Made by a program: the position numbers and the translations under genes
The notes under the pieces: model-generated
What the model was told of the DNA's origin: nothing
The model's database searches: none
Seen by the model: only the letters and a program-made list of their open reading frames with translations
In this document: positions 1-8,080 of the stretch, one piece after another
Layout of the letters: every line of letters starts with the position of its first letter
Position numbering within the stretch: position 1 is the first letter of the stretch
Source of the DNA: an uncultured virus (IMG/VR IMGVR_UViG_3300028115_001312)
Taxonomy: Duplodnaviria; Heunggongvirae; Uroviricota; Caudoviricetes
Length of the DNA: 20,000 nt
Strand: one strand, 5' to 3'
IMG/VR virus record: IMGVR_UViG_3300028115_001312
Location: 55,430 to 75,429 of that record

Positions 1-83
1 CAACTATCAATACTACGAAAATACATATTTTGATTAATTATATTTTGTCCAAGATATACTATAAGTAGAAATGCATGTGTCAT
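1..83 (-). CDS. Small hypothetical protein, runs off the window edge (MTHAFLLIVYLGQNIINQNMYFRSIDS...)
   Basis: Read manually. ATG at 83 overlaps the TAA of the upstream ORF (TAATG coupling), the frame is open to the edge and the N-terminus is hydrophobic. Confidence 0.65.
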   Translation of the reverse strand, partial: MTHAFLLIVYLGQNIINQNMYFRSIDS

Positions 84-556
84 TACGTGTAAAATATAAT
101 GCCAACAACTGCAGCACCTATTGCCAATATAACACCAAGTACTATTAACACCATCTTAAGATCTGCCCAAAGTTCAGCATCTGCTTTTGCTTTTGCTATT
201 CTTGCTTGACGTTGTGCTTCTTTATGTTCAGCGATACGTTTAGCACGTTCTTCTAGAATACTTGCCCAAGTTCCAGGACCAAAACGTAAATTAATTAATG
301 TTGATATTTCTTGTAGTGCTTCTGCAGCAAGTTTAGCATCAATAGCTTCTTGTGCAATATGAGCAGTGTCAAATTGTTCTTTGACACCCATAGTTCTACT
401 ATTGACTTTTTTATCTAGGTCTTGTTTACCTCGTAATAGGTTGTCAATTTGACCTCCTAATTCGCTGATATCTTGACATGTTTGTATATTTGATTTTATG
501 AATTCTACACTAGATTTGACTAGTGCAATACCCGCTAGTATCTCTGCTACTGGCAT
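83..556 (-). CDS. Hypothetical phage membrane protein (helical/coiled-coil, C-terminal TM helix)
   Basis: 157-aa ORF with GAGGA RBS upstream, C-terminal hydrophobic stretch MVLIVLGVILAIGAAVVGIIFY and a TAAATA motif at 588-593. Confidence 0.8.
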   Translation of the reverse strand: MPVAEILAGIALVKSSVEFIKSNIQTCQDISELGGQIDNLLRGKQDLDKKVNSRTMGVKEQFDTAHIAQEAIDAKLAAEALQEISTLINLRFGPGTWASILEERAKRIAEHKEAQRQARIAKAKADAELWADLKMVLIVLGVILAIGAAVVGIIFYT

Positions 557-594
557 AGACTATCCTCTCAACTTGACTCTCTATACGTATTTAG

Positions 595-741
595 CTACTT
601 AGAGTTATTGAGGCGTTGCCACAGTTTTCGTACACCATAGTTTTGGTGTTTTACATACATTATTTGAGGTTTTTGTGCTTCTAATAGCAAAGGACTATCT
701 TTTGCTAGTTGGTCAACTATACTAGAAATATCCTTTGCCAT
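595..741 (-). CDS. Small hypothetical protein, 48 aa (MAKDISSIVDQLAKDSPLLLEAQKPQIMYVKHQNYGVRKLWQRLNNSK)
   Basis: Read manually, below the ORF-track cutoff. Fills the gap between genes on the same strand and lies downstream of the TAAATA at 852-857. Confidence 0.5.
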   Translation of the reverse strand: MAKDISSIVDQLAKDSPLLLEAQKPQIMYVKHQNYGVRKLWQRLNNSK

Positions 742-773
742 TATAATATCTTCTAATCTACTTGTACAATCTC

Positions 774-838
774 ATCCTGCATATCTTATGGGATAACCGA
801 TGGACCTTATTGCACAAACGTTGTGCCCTTTACAGGAT
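774..838 (-). ncRNA. Candidate structured RNA / 5' leader (multi-stem junction), family unknown
   Basis: Minus-strand AUCCUGUA (838-831) pairs with UGCAGGAU (781-774), enclosing the hairpins GCACAA/UUGUGC (826-812) and UAUC/GAUA. Starts just after the TAAATA at 852-857. Confidence 0.35.
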
Positions 839-858
839 TACTTGTTAAAAGTATTTAG

Positions 859-1533
859 TTATATACCTATCTTTCCACTACATGTATAATAATAAAAATC
901 ATCATCTGCACAACAAAAGAAGTCTCCTACGAGATAGAAAAACTTACTTTGTGTTAGGTAATGGTCAAATAAGTCTATTAATGGATTCCTATATTCTAGT
1001 GTAAACTGTACTGCTTTATCATCTTCAGTTTTAAACCAATGATTGTATTTTATTTCAGGACCGTATCTTGTAGTAGTGCTTCTTAGGTATTCTACTTTAA
1101 GTTTTTTACCATAAATGGTCATGTTAAAAGGAGTACTAGTATCACAAAGATCTTGTATTTCTTTTTTTACTATATCCTGTATATAAAATTCTGGTAATTT
1201 TGTAAGCATGCCTACTTCAGTAAAATGCACTAAATGTTTGCTTTCTCTTTCTAGTGCCTGTTGTAAATGTTTCCTAAAAGTTGAGAAATGATATTCTTTT
1301 TTAAAAGTTCCTAAGAATAGGTTTTGCTTATAAAATTTACGAATATCTTCTGCACGTTCTAAATAATCACCTTGTGCAATTATTTCTTTTGTACGTGTAG
1401 CATTATCTATGTCTTTTAAGTCAACATGGTAATCTGTGCCTTCATTTCTTATTATGGCTATTGCTATAGGATCATGATTAAATTCTATAAAACCGTCTTG
1501 TCCTGGTTGTAAAAACTCTAGTTGTTCCTGCAT
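859..1533 (-). CDS. Hypothetical phage protein
   Basis: 224-aa ORF coupled to guaC by a TAATG overlap; no recognisable motif. Confidence 0.75.
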   Translation of the reverse strand: MQEQLEFLQPGQDGFIEFNHDPIAIAIIRNEGTDYHVDLKDIDNATRTKEIIAQGDYLERAEDIRKFYKQNLFLGTFKKEYHFSTFRKHLQQALERESKHLVHFTEVGMLTKLPEFYIQDIVKKEIQDLCDTSTPFNMTIYGKKLKVEYLRSTTTRYGPEIKYNHWFKTEDDKAVQFTLEYRNPLIDLFDHYLTQSKFFYLVGDFFCCADDDFYYYTCSGKIGI

Positions 1534-2654
1534 TACTCATATACTCTATTGTGTGTATCCTGACAACGAATAAATGTTGTACATTTAGGTAAGTGTTTTA
1601 ATTTTTCTGCACCCACATATGTACATGCACTACGTAAACCACCTAGCATGTCCTGCACTGTGTTTGTAATAGCACCTTTGTATGGCACCAATACTTCTCT
1701 ACCTTCGCTTGCACGGTAGTCTTTAAGCCCTCCAAAGTGCTTTGTATTGGCAGCATCACTGCTCATGCCATAAAACTGTACAAAATGTTTTTCTTCATAA
1801 ACTGGCTCAAGCCATCCTTTATCATCTTTAAGGACTTCGTTAGTTTCATAAACTTTAGTAATTACTTCACCGCCACCTTCATCGTGTCCAGCAAGCATAC
1901 CACCTAGCATAACAAAATCTGCACCACCAGCGAATGCTTTTGCTACATCACCAGGGCAAGTACAACCTCCATCAGCAATAATGTGTCCACCTAATCCATG
2001 AGCTGCATCAGCACATTCCATTACTGCACTTAGCTGTGGATAACCTACTCCTGTTTGTATACGAGTTGTACACACACTACCAGGTCCTATACCAACTTTT
2101 ACTACATCTGCACCACGAAGTATCAACTCCTGTGTTTGATCTGCGGTTACTACGTTTCCTGCAATAATGACTAAACCAGGATATTCTTCTCTGATACTTG
2201 CAACATAGTTTAGGAAACGTTCACTATATCCATTTGCAACATCAATACATACATACTTAATACCTTTACTACCTGCATATACTGCCCTAAACTTACTAGC
2301 ATCATCTTCTGTGATGCCCATGCTATATGCTACATGTTCTCTTGCAATTGTACTTGTGTTAAAGAAATCAACTAATTCTTTTATACTGTATGTTTTTACA
2401 AGGCAAGTAAACAAACCAAGTTTGCCCAGTGCTTCTGCCATATCAAATGTACCCACACCATCCATGTTAGCAGCCATAATTGGAACTGCATTAAAATCAT
2501 AATCTCTTTGTGTGTTTATAGGGTAACTTGGATTGTAATTTCTAAAACTGTGTCTACGTGTAAGTTGTACTTCTTTACGTGAACCTAGTGTGCTACGTTT
2601 AGGACGCAACAGAACACTATTGTAATCTAACTTGACTTCATTCTCGATATTCAT
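1533..2654 (-). CDS. guaC: GMP reductase
   Basis: Hallmark motifs [45 protein letters not shown] (catalytic Cys), [39 protein letters not shown]. Confidence 0.96.
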   Translation of the reverse strand: MNIENEVKLDYNSVLLRPKRSTLGSRKEVQLTRRHSFRNYNPSYPINTQRDYDFNAVPIMAANMDGVGTFDMAEALGKLGLFTCLVKTYSIKELVDFFNTSTIAREHVAYSMGITEDDASKFRAVYAGSKGIKYVCIDVANGYSERFLNYVASIREEYPGLVIIAGNVVTADQTQELILRGADVVKVGIGPGSVCTTRIQTGVGYPQLSAVMECADAAHGLGGHIIADGGCTCPGDVAKAFAGGADFVMLGGMLAGHDEGGGEVITKVYETNEVLKDDKGWLEPVYEEKHFVQFYGMSSDAANTKHFGGLKDYRASEGREVLVPYKGAITNTVQDMLGGLRSACTYVGAEKLKHLPKCTTFIRCQDTHNRVYE

Positions 2655-2669
2655 ATATGCCTCTTTTGG

Positions 2670-2975
2670 CTAGTTTGATTCTAATTTAATCTCTAATGGG
2701 TAACCTTGATTTCTTGCACTAAGCAATACTTCTACACCTTTTTGTTCTGCTACTTCAAAAGGAAGTAGGGCAACAACACCAGAACCTTTTTCATTTATTT
2801 CCATTGCTTTTTTGTCTGCATCTGTAGGTTTGTATGAAAATTTATCTACTAAACTTCCTGTAACAAAATCAAATGTAGTTACATTGTCATTTAAATAAAT
2901 GATTTTGTAATCTTTAGGTGGTTCAATATCGTCTAATATTGGTCTGAACTTTTGTTTGATTTCTGTTCCACTCAT
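2670..2975 (-). CDS. clpS: ATP-dependent Clp protease adaptor ClpS
   Basis: PPKDYKIIYLNDNVTTFDFV ... EVAEQK ... ARNQGYPL is collinear with ClpS; AGGAG RBS upstream. Confidence 0.9.
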   Translation of the reverse strand: MSGTEIKQKFRPILDDIEPPKDYKIIYLNDNVTTFDFVTGSLVDKFSYKPTDADKKAMEINEKGSGVVALLPFEVAEQKGVEVLLSARNQGYPLEIKLESN

Positions 2976-2994
2976 GTAAACTCCTGTTATGTTT

Positions 2995-3014
2995 GGGGAG
3001 TATCACTACTCCCC
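2995..3014. other. Perfect 8-bp GC-rich hairpin in the hsp20-clpS spacer
   Basis: GGGGAGTA-TCAC-TACTCCCC with no U-tract on the coding strand. It lies between the TAAATA at 3022-3027 and the clpS RBS. Confidence 0.6.
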
Positions 3015-3033
3015 TCACTAGTATTTACTCGTA

Positions 3034-3471
3034 TTACTTGTTAATTGTAATTTTACGAGGCTTCTTCTCTTCTGGAACTATTCTTTCAAGTTCAATGAAA
3101 AGCATACCATTTTCAAGTTTAGCATCTTGAACAACGATATCATCATTTAGTGTAAACTTACGAGTAAACTTTCTACGTGAAATACCTCTGTGTAATATTT
3201 CACCAGCAAAGTTATTTTCATCAAGTTCTACTGGATTATGGCTAATTGTCATAACATTTTCTGCTACTTCAATGTCCAAGTCTTCCATTTTTACACCTGC
3301 TAGAGCCATTTCAATTTGAAATTTATCTCCGTCTCTTACAATGTTGTAAGGTGGATAGCCAGTACTCTGAGTCTGATGTTCAACATAGTTAAACATATTA
3401 TCAAAGATTCTGTCGAATCCGACGGCATATGGTGTAAGTTTATTGATATCGAGTGAGGTTAATCTTGTCAT
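3034..3471 (-). CDS. Small heat shock protein Hsp20 (IbpA-like)
   Basis: VGFDRIFD, YPPYNIV, IEMALAG, LHRGISRRKFTRKFTL, AKLENGML, IVPEEKKPRKITI; AAGGAG RBS. Confidence 0.95.
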   Translation of the reverse strand: MTRLTSLDINKLTPYAVGFDRIFDNMFNYVEHQTQSTGYPPYNIVRDGDKFQIEMALAGVKMEDLDIEVAENVMTISHNPVELDENNFAGEILHRGISRRKFTRKFTLNDDIVVQDAKLENGMLFIELERIVPEEKKPRKITINK

Positions 3472-3477
3472 TTTGTA

Positions 3478-3556
3478 TCTCCTTTATTAAGCAAGATTTA
3501 ATTTATGAGACCCATAATAGGCATCTCTGTTGTTTTGAGGACTAACCATGATCCTC
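3478..3556 (-). promoter_or_regulatory. ROSE-like RNA thermometer in the hsp20 5' UTR (three hairpins)
   Basis: UCUU(G)CUU-AAUA-AAGGAGA hairpin at 3496-3478 contains the ROSE U(U/C)GCU motif opposite the SD. Upstream hairpins at 3527-3507 and 3556-3537; TAAATA at 3563-3568. Confidence 0.65.
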
Positions 3557-3610
3557 ACGAGTTATTTAAGGTTACTATCCATTCTTGGCCCACGAAATAT
3601 ATTGACTATA

Positions 3611-3660
3611 TTTGACCCTAAGATTGTTTTAGGATGTTTTGTCAAAGTTCCTAACAATCT
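3611..3660 (-). ncRNA. Candidate pseudoknotted RNA between rpsU and hsp20
   Basis: Stem AGAUUGU/ACAAUCU plus UAGGA/UCCUA. Loop UUUGAC (3646-3641) is complementary to downstream GUCAAA (3616-3611). Starts just after the tandem TAAATA at 3666-3675. Confidence 0.4.
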
Positions 3661-3686
3661 ATTCATATTTATTTATTAAAGAAGTT

Positions 3687-3920
3687 CTAATAATTTTCTA
3701 TTTCACGTTGTTTTTTTAACCATCTGGCTCTACCCGCCGCTTTTGCTTTAGCACGTTTTTCGCTAGGCTTAACATAATACTTACGTTTCCTCATTTCTAA
3801 AATAATGCCTTCATCCTGCATTAATCTTTTTAGTTTGCGAATTGCACGAGAAACATCATTGTTTCTTACTTGGACATATAGTCCTTGTTTTTCTCTAGTT
3901 GGTCTTTGTGGTCTTGCCAT
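3687..3920 (-). CDS. rpsU: Ribosomal protein bS21, phage-encoded
   Basis: VQVRNNDVSRAIRKLKR...EGIILEMRKRKYYVKPSEKR matches the bS21 signature; small and basic. Confidence 0.9.
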   Translation of the reverse strand: MARPQRPTREKQGLYVQVRNNDVSRAIRKLKRLMQDEGIILEMRKRKYYVKPSEKRAKAKAAGRARWLKKQREIENY

Positions 3921-4273
3921 TTAGTCATCCATTTTATTAGCGGATCTATAGGATCCTTAACTTCATTTAAATTAAATCGTTTGTACGATTGTTTATTATT
4001 ATAGTAGTAAACTTGTGATTTGTCAATAAAGAAACCTAAAAAAGTTTCATTATATGCACAGTTTAATATACTTATGTCTGCTTGATGGTAAGCAGTAGAA
4101 ATCCATTCTAAATCTTCTTGTTTGTTAGTAGTATATAAAGTAACTTCTATGGGTAATCTTCTAATGTTATCTACTATATTTTCTATATAATCATCACATC
4201 CTATGCAAAGAATACTTGGTGCTTTTGCATAGTATATATCAGGAGGAGTTACTACTGTAACATTATGGTGCAT
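3866..4273 (-). CDS. Hypothetical phage protein
   Basis: 135-aa ORF overlapping both neighbours in the operon (begins VTVVTPPDIYY). Confidence 0.7.
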   Translation of the reverse strand: MHHNVTVVTPPDIYYAKAPSILCIGCDDYIENIVDNIRRLPIEVTLYTTNKQEDLEWISTAYHQADISILNCAYNETFLGFFIDKSQVYYYNNKQSYKRFNLNEVKDPIDPLIKWMTKWQDHKDQLEKNKDYMSK

Positions 4274-5132
4274 TTAATTTTATCCATTGTTTCTTTGTAA
4301 TTACATTTGCTTTGTGATCTAAAATACTATCTTTATCTTTTTTTGTAGGACACATAGTGCAAATTTTATGTGGTTTACCAAAATTTTTTATAAACATAAC
4401 AATCTCATGCAAAGGACTTTCAATTGATATACCCTGGTAATCTGTATATGGTTTCCATTCTTGATTAATAGGTTGTTTCCAGTCATTAAGAACTTTATTT
4501 AATAAGGCAATACTACTGCATTTGTATATCTTACCTTCATAAAGTAAAGGGCAGGTCTGTTGAATACACATATCAAATGCATCCTTAGGATTATTATTGT
4601 GTGGCCACATATTTCCAAAAGTACCTTTATAGGTTTTAAAAAATTGTGTTGGACTGTTAATTTGGAATCTAGTATTATTAGGGCCTATCCAGCGATTTAT
4701 ACCATATTCAGTAACAGGTTTCCATTCATACTTTTTAAAAATATATTCTATTATCGACTTAGCATATGGTTTATCTTCATGTATTGTAAACTTAAACACG
4801 GTATTTCCAACATCAATACACCAATCTAAAACTTCAGGACATTTATGAAAGTTAACTCCGTTTGTTGTAAACCTTATTTGACTATTAGGTAGTAACTGTC
4901 TTACACCATATATCCATTTCTCACAATCTGGGTTAAGAGTTGGTTCTCCTCCCATTATACCAAAATCAGAAATATCTAACCTGTCTATCCATTTTTCTAT
5001 CCAAGACTTACCGTTTTGCCAACTTATACTGCCTTTCATATTATAATCACTATAATTTGAACACCCTGCACAACTTAAATTGCAAGCATATGTAATCATA
5101 GTTTCAACAAAAGGAAGTATAGGCTTACTCAT
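4263..5132 (-). CDS. Radical SAM protein with a C-terminal Cys-containing (SPASM/twitch-like) region
   Basis: CNLSCAGC (CxxxCxxC), GGEPTL, TTNG, and later cysteines CIQQTC, KC, CTMCP. Confidence 0.9.
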   Translation of the reverse strand: MSKPILPFVETMITYACNLSCAGCSNYSDYNMKGSISWQNGKSWIEKWIDRLDISDFGIMGGEPTLNPDCEKWIYGVRQLLPNSQIRFTTNGVNFHKCPEVLDWCIDVGNTVFKFTIHEDKPYAKSIIEYIFKKYEWKPVTEYGINRWIGPNNTRFQINSPTQFFKTYKGTFGNMWPHNNNPKDAFDMCIQQTCPLLYEGKIYKCSSIALLNKVLNDWKQPINQEWKPYTDYQGISIESPLHEIVMFIKNFGKPHKICTMCPTKKDKDSILDHKANVITKKQWIKLNAP

Positions 5133-5440
5133 AACTTAAATTTAACTTCTTCTTGTTCTTGCTCTGTAAGATCATCTATTTCAATATGACCCTGTTTTAC
5201 CAACCAAGTAAGATGTGTTATGTAATCTTCATTTAAGTAAGTATCGGTTGTTTCTTTATCTAATTGCATCCAGTTTGAACCTGTCCAGCGAAATAATTTA
5301 TTAGGTAGTGCATCTACTCTTACAAACAAATCACCTTTATCAGGATACTTGGGAAAAGCAGTACCAAAGTCTGCTTGAGCCGCCTTTTCTAAATCCAGAT
5401 CCGCTACAACGGCTAAATTCGGGGTAGGGATCGTTATGCT
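5129..5440 (-). CDS. -1 frame C-terminal extension of the 5434..7197 protein (103 aa, SITIPTPNL...FGTAFPKYPDKGDLFVRVDALPNKLFRWTGSNW...)
   Basis: The frame of the 5129..5329 track ORF is open back through the A7 run at 5440-5446, with no ATG or strong RBS ahead of the track's TTG start. Confidence 0.7.
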   Translation of the reverse strand, partial: SITIPTPNLAVVADLDLEKAAQADFGTAFPKYPDKGDLFVRVDALPNKLFRWTGSNWMQLDKETTDTYLNEDYITHLTWLVKQGHIEIDDLTEQEQEEVKFKL

Positions 5441-5446
5441 TTTTTT
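5378..5446 (-). promoter_or_regulatory. Putative programmed -1 ribosomal frameshift signal (slippery heptamer plus H-type pseudoknot)
   Basis: A_AAA_AAA in the correct phase, 7-nt spacer, stem1 GAUCC-CUAC / GUAG-C-GGAUC, stem2 AGCCGUU / GGCGGCU. Confidence 0.75.
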
Positions 5447-7197
5447 GGCTCTTCAGGGGTTTCGGTGTTAGCTTCTGCTTCTAAACCTTGTGCAAATTCG
5501 TCTTTTTCAACTAATTGATACTTCTCTGCCATTTTAATAACAACTGCATCACGTCTTTCTATCTCTGCTTCCTGTTCAGCTATCTTCTTTAATAGTTCTT
5601 CTTCACGAGTTTTAAGACCTTCTGCACCTTGTGCTATTTCATCCAGTGTCTTTTTGTAGTTGTCACGTTCTGCTTCTGTTGCAACTACTTTATCAACTAG
5701 TGCATCACTTTCTGCTTTTGCTTCTGCGAGTTGTGCTTCTAAACCAGCAATTTTTTCTACTAGTTCATCACGTTCTTTTTGTAGTTCTGCAAACTTCGCA
5801 GGATCTACATTAGCAAGATTACCATCTAATAGTTTTTCTATTTCTGCTAAGACTTCATTATGTTTTTTAAGTTCCATTTCTAGTTCCTCTACTCTTGGAT
5901 CAGTAACTCTTACGATTTGTTCTTTTACTTTTGGTTTATTTTTTTGGCGGTCTTCTCTCCACCATCCTATTGTCATAGTACCTGCTAGTACTAAACAAAC
6001 TGCAAGTGGATCAAATACTGCAACAATAATTATAATAACCCAACGTACTGCATCTTCTAATAAGTTACGATCTGCTTCACCATATATAAGTTCTGCAATA
6101 TATTTTACAGGACCAACTTCAGCTTCAAACTGTCTATATTCTTTTTCAAATACAAACTTTTCTTCTCTTAATTTGTCTAACTCTGGTTGTACACTTTCTA
6201 TATTTTTTTCTAACTGTACAATCTTTTCATCTACACTATCATTAGTAGTACCTGCTTCTGTAGTATATTTTGCAATATTTGAATTTGCACTATCAATAGT
6301 GCCTTTTATACTGTCACGTATTTTTTGTATACGAACTTCTACTTGGTTAATTTGTTCAGCAAGTTTTTTGTTAATCTCTGTAATTTGTCTTTGTACTCTA
6401 CTTGCGACACCAATCTCATTTTGTTTTGCTTTTGCAATATCAGCATTAAGTTTATCACGTTCAGGCTTTTGTTCTTTACGTAATTGATTACCTTTTGCAA
6501 CATTATCTACATCAGCAGTAAACACACCACCCTTAGTTGTGCCTTGTTTTAAATATGCTTCAACATCTTTGTCCAGTACTGCTAAACGTTTTTCTGCTTG
6601 TGCTATGTCTGCCTTTGTACGATTCTGTGCATCACTTAATCGTTTGTTTTGTTGTGCAATTTCTTTATCTGCTTGTGCTTGTAGGCCAGGTATCTTCGCA
6701 TTTTCTGCATCTATTTGTGGTTGTATTCTATTGTTTGCTTCTTTAATACGATCACGTTCACGTTTTATTAATACATCTAATCTAGTGCTTGTTTCACCCT
6801 GGTTAAGTCTTTTAATATCTTCTGTCCAGCGATTGACTTTGGCTTGTATACGTGCCATCTTTTTGTCAATTACTTCAACTTGTGCAATTTGTTCTGTACC
6901 CATTGCACTTTGTTCAATATGGGACTTAGATAGGAAACCAAATACACCCATGCTTGTGATAAACATAAGAACAACTACTGCAATTACTAGATAACTTTTT
7001 ATTACCATAGGTGCACGATGCCAGTTTTGATGTAACCATACTGTTGCTAGTAGTTTACCTACTTCTAATACACTACCCATTAGGACAATTGGTAAGAAAG
7101 CCGCTGCAAATATTGCAGTAAGTCCAATAATACTATAATACGCAGCAATTATACTGATTGATATAGCAACAAATAATGTGAGGATACCTAAAAACAT
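5434..7197 (-). CDS. Membrane-anchored long coiled-coil protein
   Basis: N-terminal TM helices, a long heptad region, AEVGPVKYIAELIYG...AVRWVIIIIVAVFDPLAV TM segment and an acidic C-terminal coiled coil. Confidence 0.85.
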   Translation of the reverse strand: MFLGILTLFVAISISIIAAYYSIIGLTAIFAAAFLPIVLMGSVLEVGKLLATVWLHQNWHRAPMVIKSYLVIAVVVLMFITSMGVFGFLSKSHIEQSAMGTEQIAQVEVIDKKMARIQAKVNRWTEDIKRLNQGETSTRLDVLIKRERDRIKEANNRIQPQIDAENAKIPGLQAQADKEIAQQNKRLSDAQNRTKADIAQAEKRLAVLDKDVEAYLKQGTTKGGVFTADVDNVAKGNQLRKEQKPERDKLNADIAKAKQNEIGVASRVQRQITEINKKLAEQINQVEVRIQKIRDSIKGTIDSANSNIAKYTTEAGTTNDSVDEKIVQLEKNIESVQPELDKLREEKFVFEKEYRQFEAEVGPVKYIAELIYGEADRNLLEDAVRWVIIIIVAVFDPLAVCLVLAGTMTIGWWREDRQKNKPKVKEQIVRVTDPRVEELEMELKKHNEVLAEIEKLLDGNLANVDPAKFAELQKERDELVEKIAGLEAQLAEAKAESDALVDKVVATEAERDNYKKTLDEIAQGAEGLKTREEELLKKIAEQEAEIERRDAVVIKMAEKYQLVEKDEFAQGLEAEANTETPEEPKKA

Positions 7198-7203
7198 CTT
7201 TGT

Positions 7204-7233
7204 ATTATACTACCTTTAGCTTCTAATTGTCAA
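7204..7233 (-). promoter_or_regulatory. sigma70-type promoter
   Basis: TTGACA (7233-7228)-N18-TATAAT (7209-7204), with the ATG of the next gene only 6 nt downstream. Confidence 0.7.
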
Positions 7234-8077
7234 CTAACAAAATATCAAATGTACAGGTATATCTACCATTATTACTAAATGTTATCATCCTTGCATCTAA
7301 GTCAGATTTTTCAGTCAGTGCTTGTGGTATAGGGTACTCAAGTTGATAAGGTCCACCTACACCATTTACTTCTGCAATGTGCTTGGTTTGAAAACTACCT
7401 GTACCACTTGGACGAACCATAAGTTTAAAGCTACCTGTCGCCGTACCTTGTGCAGTTACATCTAATCTCATTAGATAACCTGTTTTTCCTGCAGGAATAG
7501 TATATATACTCATTAAGGTTTGACCTATATTCTCTAGTATTTTTGCTACAGTTGTACCGCTTGACTTAATTAAAATACGTTTTGTGTTAGGTTCAAAACT
7601 TCCACCGTCAGTAAATTTTGCTCTAAAAACTCTTTTGAAATTATTTGAAGTTGTGCCACTAGATCCTGATATAGTTACTGTTTCTGTTTGTAAAGCATAG
7701 TCGCCATCTAATCCTTGTATTTCAACAGTATCGCCATTATGTGCAGTACTAGTGGATGCTTCATTATTTGGTTCTACAACTGTAACTGTGAGGACACCAT
7801 TGCTATCTATAGTACTCCAAGGATATATAGTATCATCTTCATCCCATATTGTACCTTCTGTATTTTGGCTCATTGAAGGGACTGCACCAAACTTGTGAAT
7901 TTCACCAAACCCTGAAGGCAGTTGGATATTTGTTATTACACTACTACCCGTGGTCCTTAATACAGGTTCACCACCTAAATTATACTCCATTGCTTTATGT
8001 ACATTAAGTAGATTAGTTTCTTGTGGATGCACATAACTTGTAGAGTTTTGTCTACTAGTATCTGAATAGTCAGCCAT
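7223..8077 (-). CDS. Putative virion structural protein (beta-rich)
   Basis: 284 aa, T/S/G/N-rich, in the late (TAAATA) operon. Confidence 0.65.
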   Translation of the reverse strand: MADYSDTSRQNSTSYVHPQETNLLNVHKAMEYNLGGEPVLRTTGSSVITNIQLPSGFGEIHKFGAVPSMSQNTEGTIWDEDDTIYPWSTIDSNGVLTVTVVEPNNEASTSTAHNGDTVEIQGLDGDYALQTETVTISGSSGTTSNNFKRVFRAKFTDGGSFEPNTKRILIKSSGTTVAKILENIGQTLMSIYTIPAGKTGYLMRLDVTAQGTATGSFKLMVRPSGTGSFQTKHIAEVNGVGGPYQLEYPIPQALTEKSDLDARMITFSNNGRYTCTFDILLVDN

Positions 8078-8080
8078 TTA

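Noticed and set aside
774..838. Assignment of this RNA (or 3611-3660) to known riboswitch or ribozyme classes (c-di-GMP-I, SAM-II/V, guanidine, hammerhead)
   Set aside because: The conserved core nucleotides could not be matched by eye.
2995..3014. Hairpin as an intrinsic terminator for hsp20
   Set aside because: No U-tract follows on the minus strand, and it lies downstream of a new promoter motif, so it was kept only as a hairpin.
5129..5329. 66-aa ORF as a standalone gene
   Set aside because: Its TTG start falls mid-motif (KGD-LFVRVD) and the frame is open upstream to the slippery site, so it is better explained as a frameshift extension.
5631..6994. Plus-strand ORFs 5631..5813, 5660..6487, 6537..6746 and 6539..6994
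   Set aside because: Antisense shadows of the coiled-coil gene, with Ser/Phe/Leu-rich mirror composition and no RBS or promoter.
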